DNA from: Vicugna vicugna
Lineage: Eukaryota
Assembly: GCA_013265495.1 (NCBI GenBank)
Contig: MU057724.1
Location: 1,689,102 to 1,753,101 of the forward strand
Length of the DNA stretch: 64,000 bases
Direction: 5' to 3'
Shown: positions 22,808 through 34,705 of the stretch, one piece after another
How positions within the stretch are numbered: the stretch's first letter is position 1
How the letters are laid out: each line of letters opens with the position of its first letter
Notes under the pieces: generated by a model
Told to the model about the DNA's origin: nothing
What the model saw: the letters and a program-made list of their open reading frames with translations, nothing else
Databases searched by the model: none
Made by a program: the position numbers and the translations under genes

Positions 22808-25049
22808 ATGCTATTGAAGACAAGCCTGTGGTTACAGATGTGCAGGGACACGGCTGAAACTGTCCGCTGGTGAGTGGCAGCATGGGTGGGGCCCGGTGCC
22901 CCTGCCGCCCTCACTTTTCTCTGTGGAGGCAGCTTCCTCCTCAGCCTTGAGGCTGCACGTGGCCCCTGAGGTGATCCCCGCCCCCAGGCACTGCCCAGGA
23001 TGGTGAGGGGGCACTTCCTCTTCTCCTGCCATCCTGGGTCCACGGCCCTGGCAAGCAGCCGCCCCGCGGCCACCTTCAGCCCTAAGGCCGCAGACGGGTG
23101 TCTGGCCTCGCCCCGGGAGAACAGACGCAGGAAGAGGAGGGCGAGGCTGTCCGCAGGTGCAGGCAACTTGGGAGAGGAATTCTGAGTCCCTCACGTCCGG
23201 AGTGAGGGGAGGGGACACCGCAGGAGGGCCTGGGTCTAAGGATGAACTGCGTTTCATTTTTATCTCCTTCGTAAATAACCTGCTAAGAACTCAGCCTCAT
23301 CTGGAAACGCAGAATTTCTGCAGACCGTTCCGGAAATGACCTGAGACGTGTTAGCTGTGATGGGTTCAATTCTACCCTTGTGTGACAGCGCCCTTCTCTT
23401 CCAGCGTGAGCCCTGCGCTTGGGCAGCCCTAGGCCCAACCCGCCTGCTTCAGGGTGAGTGACTCGGTTTCCTCCCCGCTGGTGCCCTCGTGGGGCTCGGT
23501 CGCTCCAGTTCAGACTGTCCCCAGCCGTGCCCAGCGAGGGTGCCAGGCCTGGTCAGGGCGCCGCCGTCCCTGACCCCGCCCCCGGTCATTTCCTACACAC
23601 CTGGCTGAAACCCAGAGCCTCCAGGTGCGTCCCAGCACACCTGTTAGGGAGGGAGGGTGGGTTGAACAAGCTGAGATTTAGGTTTGAGATTGCGCACCCC
23701 TAGATTTTGTTGTCTTTCAGTTTGTCAAAGATCAGAACTTTTTCATGGTGTATCAAAGTCAATTTGCTGAAGTACTTACATATTTTACTTGCATCGTAAC
23801 TTCTGTGAGGAGGAATGAGGATTTTTAAATGCTTGTAGCTCCTAAGAAAACGCACTGTCCATGTTAACAGTTAACAGCCTACTCGAAGCAAAATCTTTGA
23901 GGTTTTCATAGTTCATTGTGACAAGGCAGTTAATGGAAATCAGCCTCCTGTCAAAAAGACTGTTTATAACTTTAACCAAATACAACTTTCTACAACCAAT
24001 GTGCTTAAAATGTAGTTTCTTGTAACAATCAGAATCTTAAGGTTACAGATCCCTGAAATGACTAAGGTGAACCTTTCATTTTCATTGATAAGTTTTTGTC
24101 CTTTTAATAAACTGACAGGTGGGAAGAGATACACAGACATACAAAAGCCTGTTTTTTTAATATAATACTGGGCAAATATTCAACAGTCGTCTTTCTTTTC
24201 TTTCTAAACAAAAAGCTGTCGGTCCACCCACCTCTTTGTGTTGCTAAAGCACACTTTTCAGGGTTTTCTCACTTGGTGAGAAACTTGTGATTCTCAGTTT
24301 CAACTATGATTTAAATCAAGGTTGAGTCAGAGAACTTGGGACCCATAATCATTCTCGCCATCACCTGCTTCTATCCCCTTAATCATTCTGATGTATTTTT
24401 TTAAAGATAATTGTTTTTCTGACATTTCCATATCATTTTTGTGTGGGTAAGTGACAGAAAAGCACTCTATGTATTATATGTGTACATATACGAATATACA
24501 TTATGACCGTGACTCCTTTAATATCTTTCCCTTTTTACATTGTGCCACTGAAAGTTTTTTGTTTAGCTGGATTGACTCCAACATCCGAAAGTGCCGATGC
24601 CGCCAGGAAGCAGGCGATCTCACAGCTGGATGACTGACCGGATCGCGCCCGGTTTCTGCGACACAGGCAAGGCTGAAGCTGGGCGTATGCAGAAGCTGCA
24701 GTGACCCGTCCTGGCCAGGAGAGGGGGGTGTGTGGCCACTTGTGGTTGAGCCGCGGCTGTTCCAACAGGTCACGGGACCGTGGACCCGCCTTGTCTGGAC
24801 GGGTCACAGCCTCAGAAAGGCTTGTCTAGGTCGGTGTCCAGTGACGGGGGTGACTGAAAGGAGGACGCCCGGCCGTCTGTGCGGGCCAGGCCCACTCCGA
24901 CGTCAGGGGGTCCTCCGAGGAGCTGGGAAGCCCCTCCGGGGCTCGAGCACTGGGCACCATCGTGGCCTGTGGTCACAAAGACCCCCTGGGATGCTGGGTG
25001 CACAATTTATTTTACAACGGAGAACTTTTATATATTTAATGAAAGTCTT

Positions 25050-25255
25050 TATAAATTGGGAGTTTGGGATTAGCAGACACAAACTACTATATATAAAATA
25101 GATAAACAAGGTCCTACTGTACAGCACAGGCAACTGTATTCAATGCCTTGTAATAAACCAGAATGGAACAAAAATCTTCGTAAAATTACATCACTGTGCC
25201 GTACACCAGACACTAGCACAACACTGTAAATCAACAGTACTCCAATTTAAGAAAG
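25050..25255 (+). mobile_element. LINE-1 3' UTR (cetartiodactyl-type)
   Basis: TGGGAGTTTGGGATTAGCAGACACAAACTACTATATATAAAATAGATAAACAAGGTCCTACTGTACAGCACAGG...TGTAAATCAAC. Confidence 0.88.
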
Positions 25256-28200
25256 TAATTCAGAAACACAGTAAAAAGCGTAACAGGAAACTACCGCCCC
25301 TCTTCAACACAGGTCAACGTACTTTCCTAAGAAAACACCCTCAGACCTTTTCTTAGGGTTTCACGGGTTCAGAGTTGAGATTTTGTTGACAGGAGGTAGG
25401 AAGAGAGAGATTCCATTTGACGCCAAGTGAGCGGAGTGTGCCGTCTAGTTTAAGCAGCGTTGATGATGTTTAAACATTTCCATCATGTTCACCACATCGT
25501 GTGACCTTAAGTTTCTGGTACTGACCTGCACGTTACAGTACGGTACTCAGGAGTCAGGGTGTTGGGTATACAGCTTAGGAATAACTTTCTAAAATATAGT
25601 TTACAAAGTCAAAACCACGTCTTGTGAAAACAGTTCTGAAAGGGCAGGTGCCTGGATACGTATTTCTACAAACGCACCTTTTTCGTACTTGGCACACTCT
25701 CCTCTTTCTTGGCTTCTGCTCGGTGTCTCCCCCTCTGCCCTCACACCGTCCCAGGAGGTCTCAGCCCTGAGTGGTACCGTCTTCCCATCAGCGCCCCTAC
25801 GCACTGAAGTCCAACTGGAGGTTTGGGTGAGAGATTAGGTCGTCTTACATTCTCACGGAGTTAAACAAGAGTCAAAAAAGTACACATGCACATTCATTTC
25901 TGTTGTATATATATTCTAAGAAGCATAAGATGACGTCTGTATGTTAGGGTTTCAAGGCGCCAACGCTGCGCAGTCAGGAGCACCCATGCTGGCCGTCCCT
26001 GGGCGGCTGGGACGGGTCATCACTACGCAGCAGTTTGTGCTTGTTGATGGGCGTTTTTCACCGTCAGTGTTGAGAACGGATTCACTTTGTATTCTGAGTT
26101 AGAAGAATTAATTCTAACAGATACTTCTATATGACACAGATATCTGGTTGCATGTAGACACACAGATCTTCCAGGACTCTCTCTTGGGGAAAATGGAAAC
26201 ACCAGTTTATGGTTCCTGCCGAACAGCGAGATCCAGTGTTTTGAGAATGCTGACTGTGGTGAACAAGCGAAATGAAAACGACCACTTGTGTTTCCCTGGT
26301 GCCAAGCTCCTGATGATCCAGGAATGGTCGTCTGTACCACCAGCTCCTTCCTCAGCCCCCTGAGACAGACAGCCCTCCCGGCGTCCCTCTGTCCATCTGG
26401 GGCCTGGCAGTGCCTTCTCTCTCTGCCCCTCTTCCCGCCCGCCTCTCCCCTTCCAGCTGCTCTCCCTGTGGCCACGGATATCGTTTTTCATAAAGCCCAG
26501 CTCTGATCACAATTCTGCCTGAAGAAACGAGCCACCAAGCTGGGACCAGGACGCTAATCTTCATGCTCTGGGGGCTTTCAGGACTGGCTCTGGCCAGTCC
26601 ACCAGCATCAATTCAGGCTCTGCTTTGAGCAGAAATCCACACGTGATTGGTCTTGTGGAGACTCCGTGCATTTTAAGTCTCTGTGCTCTTTCTGCTAACT
26701 CTATTTTTCTGTGCCAAATGTCTCTGCTTCCCTTGCTTGGCGTGATGTGACATACCCCCCGGCCTGAGTCAGCGGTCACCGCCGCTCCAGGTGGAATGAG
26801 TCCTCTCCTGTGGCCTGTCGCTGAGTGTCCAGCCTCTCACTGTGCACCCAGCCCCTCCGGGGAGCCCGGTGTGCAGAATGCAGCGCCGGCTTTGGAGCAG
26901 AGGGCTGGATCCCTGACCGCTGCCTGCAGCCATGTGGACTCCACGCGCCTCGCTTCTTCTGGGCCCTGGGAGCGACCTGTTTCCTCGGATGCTGCTGTTA
27001 CGAGAAGTGATCGGCAGGTGCATTGATTGTTCTCCATTCACACCAGCCACAGCTCAATCTCTCTAAGGTTTTGTTTGTCCTGTGTCTTGACTTCCCCGCA
27101 GACCCAGCATCAGGCTGGCGTCGGGTAAACTCCCCAGTGTCTACTGAATGCACATTAGGATACATAAGCAGAGGTTAATTACAGGAATTGACAGAGAATA
27201 CAACTGAAATAGGTACATTATACGCCCTTAATATCAAGCACATGAACTCGAGTGGGGCATGCAGTGCAGCTGACGCAGTGGGAGAACCTCATCTTGCCAT
27301 TTTTGGGATCAGGCATTTTCAATCTGACTCCTGATTAGGGAGATGAGCCAAACAAGCAAACTCTGCTTCCTCGATTAGCTTGGACAGAATAATTTCCAGG
27401 ATGAAGCAGTTTGCTTCTATCCTTTAAACTCAGAAGTCGTAACCCAGAGAGGTCCTCAATCATTGGAAATTTGCTGAAATACAAAATCAGACCTGATTCA
27501 GACCATTAATGCCAGAGCTCCCGATGCTCTGTTCGGCTCTGATGGCGGCAGTTACAAAAGAGTTCCTCCTGTTGGCTTGGAAACTCCAAGTTCTTTGGGA
27601 TTGTACCCAACTGCACATTTATTAGACCGTATTTTCCCCGGTCTAAGTGCACTGGGGGACTGGACAGATCGGCGTGGATTACCTGGCATCCAGCATCACC
27701 ACGACTAAGCGGATCTGTGAACCTGGAGGGGGCAGATGTCACTCTGTCTGCCCAGTGGCTGTCCTTCCCTGGGCCCTGGCACTCACACAGCTCCCCACAC
27801 TCTCCAGTCCTGTTAGGGCTGCAAGTCAGCGTTTCCCCTGCCCTGTGTCACCAGCTGTGACCTGCCAGGCCAACAAGATGCTCTCCACCATCCCAGAGCC
27901 CGTTCCCAGATGTCCAGGTGTCCAGCATCTCCGCTCCCAGGTCTCCAGAGCTGCCCGGGGTTCCCATCAGCCAGAAGCCCAGCTCTGTGGCTCCACTTCC
28001 ATCCTGAGAACCAGGTGAGGGCCCGAGGCCTCTTTTCACTTGTTACGAAGGCTGAGTTCCTGTTGCTTATGACCAGAGAATCGTAACTAATACATTTAAG
28101 GAAATTTGCATTAAGGGAAAATATTTCAGTCTTAATCAACGTCGCGTGGCCCTGCTCAGCCCGCCATATGATGACGAATGTCTAACGACAGACGGGCCCT

Positions 28201-29254
28201 CCTGCCTGCCCTGCTGAGCCTCGACCTTCTCATCTAAAAACAACGATGGGAAAGTGGCGAGATGGACTTTTTTCACAGCCTTGCTGTGACAGCAAGTGCT
28301 TTTCAAAATGGAAATGAAACTGCTTTTGAAATCACAAAGCACTCTACAAAGTAAGCCCTGTGTTTACCGCTCACTTATTCTTGTTAACAAACTTTTCCTG
28401 AAAAACAAACTGCTCCGACAGAGCGATCTACGGCGGGGCCGTTTTAGTGCTCACAGCGCACATTTCAGAGAAGGAGCCGAGCGCTCCCTATGTGCGCCTC
28501 TGCGTATCGAACGTCCTGAGCTCGGCAGACACGATGCCTCCTCTTTACTCTGGTTTGCAGTCGACCCCTGGGGTCACACGCCTTCATTTTAAAGGGCACA
28601 CACAGCAACTGGTACAGACGTAAGAGAGGTTCTTCAGAGAGATCTGGGGGGAGAATATAATAGAATTCTATGCAAACATGGAATTTTAGCAGATGACACT
28701 GATCAGCGGTTTCCATCGGCCTCTCATTTCTGGGCTTAAGTGCACCCCAGCCCTGGCGGTGTCCTTCCAGAGGGGCTGCGACGTGCAGATTGTCAGCCAG
28801 AGCCCAGCGCCTCCACCCGCACTGACGTCTCCGTAAGTGAAGGAGACCTGACTCTTCTTAAACCATGGACTGGCTTCCTTCATTCTTAAAATGCTATTTT
28901 TATCCCTTTATTTTCTTTCCCTCTTAGCTTTACTGATATAATTGGCCTGAGACATGGTGTGAGTCTAGGGTGTGAGTCATTTCACTGCACAGCAATGAAA
29001 TGATTACCGTAATGGGGTGACACAGTTAGTTACCATGCCCATCCCCTCACTTAGGTTCAATGTGCTATTTATTTATTTATTTATTTTTCTGGTCCAGTTA
29101 CTCTTCCATGTGCCAAATATGGCCCCACATTCAGGAGTCACAGCTATGACACTGACACTGATGGCAGTGTAACACTAACGGTGGGGCAGTAATGGCAATG
29201 GTGTGATGACAGTTATAATGCACTGCCCTCTCCTTCACCAGGAGCAGCAGTGAC

Positions 29255-29550
29255 CAGGTATGACAACGTCTCTCTTCTGCTCAGACCCTCCGTGGCTTCC
29301 TTTTCTCGCCCAGAGTCCAAGCCAAAGCTCTCAGCCGACCCACAAGCCCCTCCCGAGTCTGGCCCGGGCTGCCGCCTGGCTGGCTCTCCACCAGTCCCAC
29401 TGTCAGCATCTCTGGTTGAGCCTTGTGGCCTCTTCCTAGGTCCTCGTGAGTCCCAGCACATTCCTACCCCAGGGTCTTGGCACTTGCCAGTTCTCTGCGT
29501 TTCTCCCGATCTTTGCCTGGTGGGCTGTTACTTCTTTCAGACTCTGATGA
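29255..29550 (+). mobile_element. L2 LINE 3' fragment
   Basis: GTCTCTCTTCTGCTCAGACCCTCCGTGGCTTCC...CCACAAGCCCCTCCCGAGTCTGGCCC...CCTACCCCAGGGTCTTGGCACTTGC resembles the L2 3' region. Confidence 0.7.
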
Positions 29551-30929
29551 GTAATAGCCACGCTCATCCTGGTGAGTAGCTTTCCACAAACACCCCAAAG
29601 CTGAGGGCCCAAGGAGATCCTTAGCCAAAAAAATGGCGGTGCTGTTCCCATTCAGACAGAAATACAAAGCTTTTACTTCCTGTGGCTGCCAGCTTTCGGT
29701 TCTCCTTTGTGACAGCCCCGCAGCCTCTCCTGTGCGTCCGGCCAGAATCCTGAGTCTCAGCCTTTAGCTAAGCAATCCTTCCTCTCTGGGTGTTTTTCCT
29801 CCATCACCTTGAAGAACAGCTCAATGCAAAATCTTCTGTAAAACAAAAAAGGAAAAGTAATTACCTAACTGCTGAGAATGATTTAAAAGAGACCAGGCAA
29901 CAAACATCTCCACATGAATCACATAAAATTCTAATCTTTCACTTGGCTCGAAGGCCAGATTCCTAGCTTCCTTCTCTTCACCTAGAAATAAGAGGGGAGG
30001 TTTGAAGTGGGAGGACACAGCTCATCCGTGACACTGGGCTGGGTGGCCACGACCAGGTGAACCTCCACGCCAGCGTGAGGAAGACTTAGAAAGGCCGGAG
30101 TCTACAGACTCACCAAGAGCAAGGGTGTCCTCTGGTCCTCATCAGGGCAGTGAGCGCAGAGCAGTGGGTGGTGGAGACGTGCTGGGCCTCCCGGGACGGA
30201 GGGAGCAGGACCAGACGTGCTGAGGGGCGGGCGGCTGCTGAGCTCAGGCTGCCCCCCCACCCCTGTCCCCCCGGGGCTCTGGGAGGACCTCGGATGAGGA
30301 GGTGCGGGCCAGGAGGAAGGCTGGGCTCCTGACAGGAGGAGCAGCTGGGGGGCAGTCATGGCTGGACCCCGGGTTCTCTGCTCCCCTGCTCTGCGCCAAC
30401 AGCCCCTTCCCCACAAGGACACCAGTGTTCTTCCCCCACGAACACACGGGACCCACGCTCACCAGGCTCCACAGAGGTTGAAGAACCCAGGAGAACTGAG
30501 AGCAACTCCCCGGTGGATTGGGAGATGCTGCACTCCTCCCCCGGTGGGGACCCTGGCGTCCCTTCCGGCTGGGACACGGGGCCTCATCTCTGGAGAAACC
30601 AACAGCCTCAGGGAAACCCTGAGACAAGGGACCTGGGGGCCCCCAGCTCCCCGGGCTGATTGGCTTCCGAGTCCTGCCCACTGAGAAGAGGTTCCGAGAG
30701 ATCTGTCACGTCTTGCTCTTAGTTGTGAAGGAACAGCCAGCAGTAAACTCATAACCTCAAGGACTAGAAAAGAAAAAGGTACAAAATGGGGGAAAAAAAC
30801 CCTCAGTCAGGAAACGGCAATGAAGCTGCTAGAATAAAACAACAAAACTATGCTTAAACCCTTAGAGAATAAGAGATGACCTTTTAGTCAAGAAAAACAA
30901 ACAAACAAAAAAAACAACAAAAAAAAAAA

Positions 30930-31720
30930 ACGCCACACGGCACAAAGAGGGAACAAGAAAGAGCTCTGTCCAGAACACGCAGAACTGAAGCTGAAAAGCT
31001 CAGCTGAAGGCTCGGAAGATGGAGCAGAGAAAACCTACTGGAAGAAATGAAAATAAAATGGAAGCGAATGAAAAATGGGAGCAGAAGCAATAAGAAAATA
31101 AGAAAAACAGCGTCCGAGTTCCAACGTCTTTTAAAGAACTTCGTTAAAAGAGAAAACGTGGGAGAGAGACAAAGATTTTTTTAAACGCGTTTTCCCCCAG
31201 AGCCGAAGACCACTGGCTTCTGGTGTAAACGCCTCTTCTCCCGCTAGCCTGATTCCCCCAAGACGGAGCGACGAAGAAAGGTGTCTAAACATCCCGCGAG
31301 GTTAAAATCGCGCTCGCGGCGAGCGCGGAGGGTCAGAGCGCCCTGGTGCTTCCGAAGGCCGCGCTGGACCTGAGAACGACTGCGGCGCAGAAAGCTGCCC
31401 CTTGGCGGCCGAGAAGAGGCCACACCCGCGGCAGGCGCTGCGATCCGCAGACGCACCCCCGCGGGAAGAGGGCGCTGCCCCGGCCGGAGGAACCCGCCGA
31501 GCGGAGGCAGACGCGGGTCCCGGGCAGGGCTGTGCAGCCTGGGAGCCGGCACCCCGCTTCCGCCGGAGCCCGAGGCTGGGGCCCCCAGGACGGAGGAAAC
31601 GGGAACCCGCAGCCCACTGGCTGGTTGGACCGTGTGCAGAGTCCCGTTCAGGAGTGTTTAAACGGCACTGCTGGGACGTTTCAGCAGAATTACTGATAGG
31701 GACGTAGGAAAATTAAGCTA
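30930..31720 (+). mobile_element. HAL1 (half-L1) element, GC-shifted in its 3' half
   Basis: GGAACAAGAAAGAGCTCT...GAAGGCTCGGAAGAT...ATAAGAAAATAAGAAAA...TCCAACGTC and later GCTGTGCAGCCTGGGAG follow the order of the HAL1 consensus as I recall it. Confidence 0.6.
31240..31620. promoter_or_regulatory. CpG island overlapping the HAL1 element
   Basis: Dense CpG (e.g. ATCGCGCTCGCGGCGAGCGCGG). Confidence 0.65.
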
Positions 31721-31864
31721 ATGACAAAAATGAGGCAGTGGAAATATTGCACAGACAGGAACACGTGTTTATAGTACGCAGATCGGTTCAGCAGTGAAGC
31801 AGTGCTCAGGAAGGCCGCTGGTACTCACGCAGGCTGCTGGTACTCACGCAGCGTTCATACTGGA

Positions 31865-32228
31865 ACCTGCACCTATCCTGAAACTGCTCCAACAAACTGC
31901 AGAGGAAGGAACACTTCGAACTCATTCTATGAGGCCGCCGTCACCCTGATACCAAAACCAGACACATATATCACCAAAAAAGGAAATTACAGGCCAGTAT
32001 TACTTATGAATATAGATGCAGATATCCTCAACGAAATACTAGCGAATCAACCCAGCAATGCACTGACAGGATCACACACCACGATCAGGTAGCATTTATC
32101 CCAGGAATGCAAGGACTTTTCAGCATCTGCAAAGCAGTCAATGTGATGCACCACGTGAACAAACTGGAGAAGAAAAGCCGTGTGGTCATCTCAGTAGATG
32201 CAGAAAAAGCTTCTGACAAAGTTCAGTA
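31865..32228 (+). mobile_element. LINE-1 ORF2 fragment (start of RT domain), inactivated
   Basis: Translation [15 protein letters not shown]...[24 protein letters not shown]; downstream ATCTCAGTAGATGCAGAAAAAGCTTCTGACAAA (ISVDAEKASDK); frameshifted. Confidence 0.92.
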
Positions 32229-33849
32229 GTGAAATGCTGGGATATGCTTGCACTGGGGGGAGAAGGGAGGAAACCTGTGTTGGGGGGGCGGGACAGCACA
32301 CAGAGACCCAGCTCATCCAGATGGACTCTTAGCATTCTCACTAACGTTCACCCAGGGAGATGACCAAAAACGGTTTTGCCAAGTGCAGGACAAAAAGTCT
32401 GCCAAGTGCTAGGTGGTGCCAGAGTTTGCACGAGGATCCTTCAGATGGAAGGTGGGCTCAAGTCACGCAAATACTTCACAGGGTGTCTTTGAGAGCTGTT
32501 CTAGTTTCTGCATACAAATGACAACTTGTGAATGTAATTCCTCTGTCTTCTAAAACACCGTGATTTCCAATAGCGCTCTCCTCCACTCAAGCCTCTTGGA
32601 GGGGTGGCGTTCTTTCCATAAGGCCACAGGGCGGAATTCGGTGTTAACCTTGGGAAGGTTCCTCATTAACTCGACTATAGTGAAACCACGGTTGAATTTT
32701 TAACTTCTTCTAGAAATGAATCCCTCGAGCTGAGGGTCTGCAGCGTGAAGTCAAAGGACTGTCTGGAGGTCGTCCAATCTGGAGTGAGCGCAGACAGCAG
32801 GTTCGGGTGATAGACGTCTCCAGGTAAACATTTGGAGCCGGACTTACTGAGTTAGCTTCCACAGTTGAAATCAGCCTGACAAATTTCGTGTCAGCCCACA
32901 GCCCGCAGCACTTGGGAGTGGGCTTGGCGGTCTTTCAAGATTTAAAATGTTTCCAGCTCCCCTTAAGCCATCCCAGCACTCAGAGCAGCCAGATGTTCCA
33001 GAATCTCGCGGAGGAAACGCAGCGAGTAGCAGGTCTGTCACAGCGGCGGGAATCCCAGCGGTTCAGGGCTGATCTTGTGCCTGGAGAGCCCAGGAACACG
33101 ACCGAGCACCCCTGGCGGGAGCCCCGCTCCTCTCTCGGGCAAGGGCAGCCCTGTGCTCTGGGCTCTGGACCGGCTTCTTCTCCTGGCTGACCTCTGGGTC
33201 CCTCCCACTGCCACCGCCACCAGCAGGAGACGTAATTTAGCATGTTCCAACGTTCTGTCTGCCTTCACTTCTTTCTAACCCCAATTTAAGAACCCCTTAA
33301 GCTTGAGCCCCCTCACCCCACATCCTCTTACCCGTTAGCATTTTGTTGTCATTGTTCTGTTTCCCCCAAACGCTCCTCCAGATGGTTGAGCCATCAGCCA
33401 TGCTTGGCGATTAGCTTCCTGCCGCCTTCCTCGTGGTGCTGCTGGAGTGGCGTGTACTCACCACTTCCCCCGCAGCCAGCTCTCCGTCCTCCAGGTGACT
33501 GGATCCCCGGGGCCCCTCGGTGCTTTGGGTGCTTACAGCTTGTGTTGGAGGTGGACACTCAGCCCACAGGTAGAGAGTCTCACCCGAGAGCCCTCGCAGA
33601 CGGCCCCCTCTCTCACCACCTCGGTCATGCTCACCAGTTGCTGCCAGTTGTCCCGACTCCTTACCCATTTTGTGGGCTTACAGCAATTTCAAATAGAAAC
33701 AGTAAGACAATGTACATAAGAACAATGAACTCCAGAGGTGGGCCTCCTACCACCAGTGCCCAGGGATGTTTTCCGCGGTGGTGGACGCCTCTGCACTGGG
33801 CTGAGCAATGTGGCAGCCTGTCCTGATCCCAAACCCGCCTTCCTTTCCT

Positions 33850-34310
33850 CCTGCTGTCACCACCTGTTCTGACTCTCATGCGCTCCTGCCTGGAGTAACT
33901 CACAGTGGCCTCCAGTCTGGTTTCCATGCTCAGATTTCACCCACTGACCCCCGCCGCCAGTCCATTTGCTGCGATGCCAGCGGAATAAACACCCTTCCTG
34001 AAGCTCATACCTCATCATGTTATTCTTCTGCCTAAAATTCTTAATGGCTCTCAACGAGCAATTTCTAAAATCCTTTGCACGACATTTGAAACACTTGAGA
34101 ACTGAATCTCTGCCTGTATCTTGGCTCCACACTAGAGCTGGTGACCCCTGGTGGCCTCATGGGGGTCTTCCGGCTTGGGACCCTGGCCCTGTCCTTGGGA
34201 GGCCTTCCATGACACGCCTACTCTGTCCCTCCTGGGGACCTAACATCGTGTTGTTTATGTCACAGGCTGTAGCGGATTGTTGCTAACTCGCCCGATTTCC
34301 TGCTAGAGTC
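33850..34310 (+). mobile_element. L2 LINE fragments
   Basis: CCTGGAGTAACTCACAGTGGCCTCC...CATCATGTTATTCTTCTGCCTAAAATTCTTAATGGCT resembles L2. Confidence 0.5.
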
Positions 34311-34344
34311 CAGACGAGGGCCCTGTGCGAATGGACCATCTCTC

Positions 34345-34705
34345 TCTCTTTTATTCATGTATGCTTTGCTCACTGAAGTATCGTCGGTGATAGTGTCTGT
34401 TTCTGGTGTCCGGCTTCATGTTTCAATCAGACACTCGTTTTCATCTCTCTCTCTTTTAAATTGAAGTACAGTTGATTTGCAATGTTGCCTTCATTTCTGG
34501 TGTACAGCAAAGTGGTTTAGTTGTATGTATATATGTATATATTCCTTTTCTCCCCAATTCTTTTCCATTATATATTATTACAGGATACTGAACATAGTTC
34601 CCTAGACAGCAAATCCTTGCTGTTTATTTTATATATAGCAGTGTGCATCCGTTTATCCCATACTCCTGATTTATCCCACCCACCACTCTGCTTTGGTAAC
34701 CTTTG
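34345..34705 (-). mobile_element. LINE-1 3' UTR fragments
   Basis: TTGAAGTACAGTTGATTTGCAATGTTG...TTCTGGTGTACAGCAAAGTG...GATACTGAACATAGTTCCC. Confidence 0.82.

Noticed and set aside
24567..24633. Acceptor plus WIDSNIRK..., reminiscent of a trypsin-family C-terminus
   Set aside because: No catalytic-triad exons (TAAHC, GDSGG) seen anywhere in the window.
30102..30360. Minus-strand ATG...donor segment MTAPQLLLLSG... resembling a signal-peptide exon
   Set aside because: Hydrophobic core too short, remainder is low-complexity, and no downstream exon supported.
31817..31851. Short direct duplications (also 21859-21884 and ~1235-1257)
   Set aside because: Ordinary slippage duplications; no spacer-repeat array, so not CRISPR-like.
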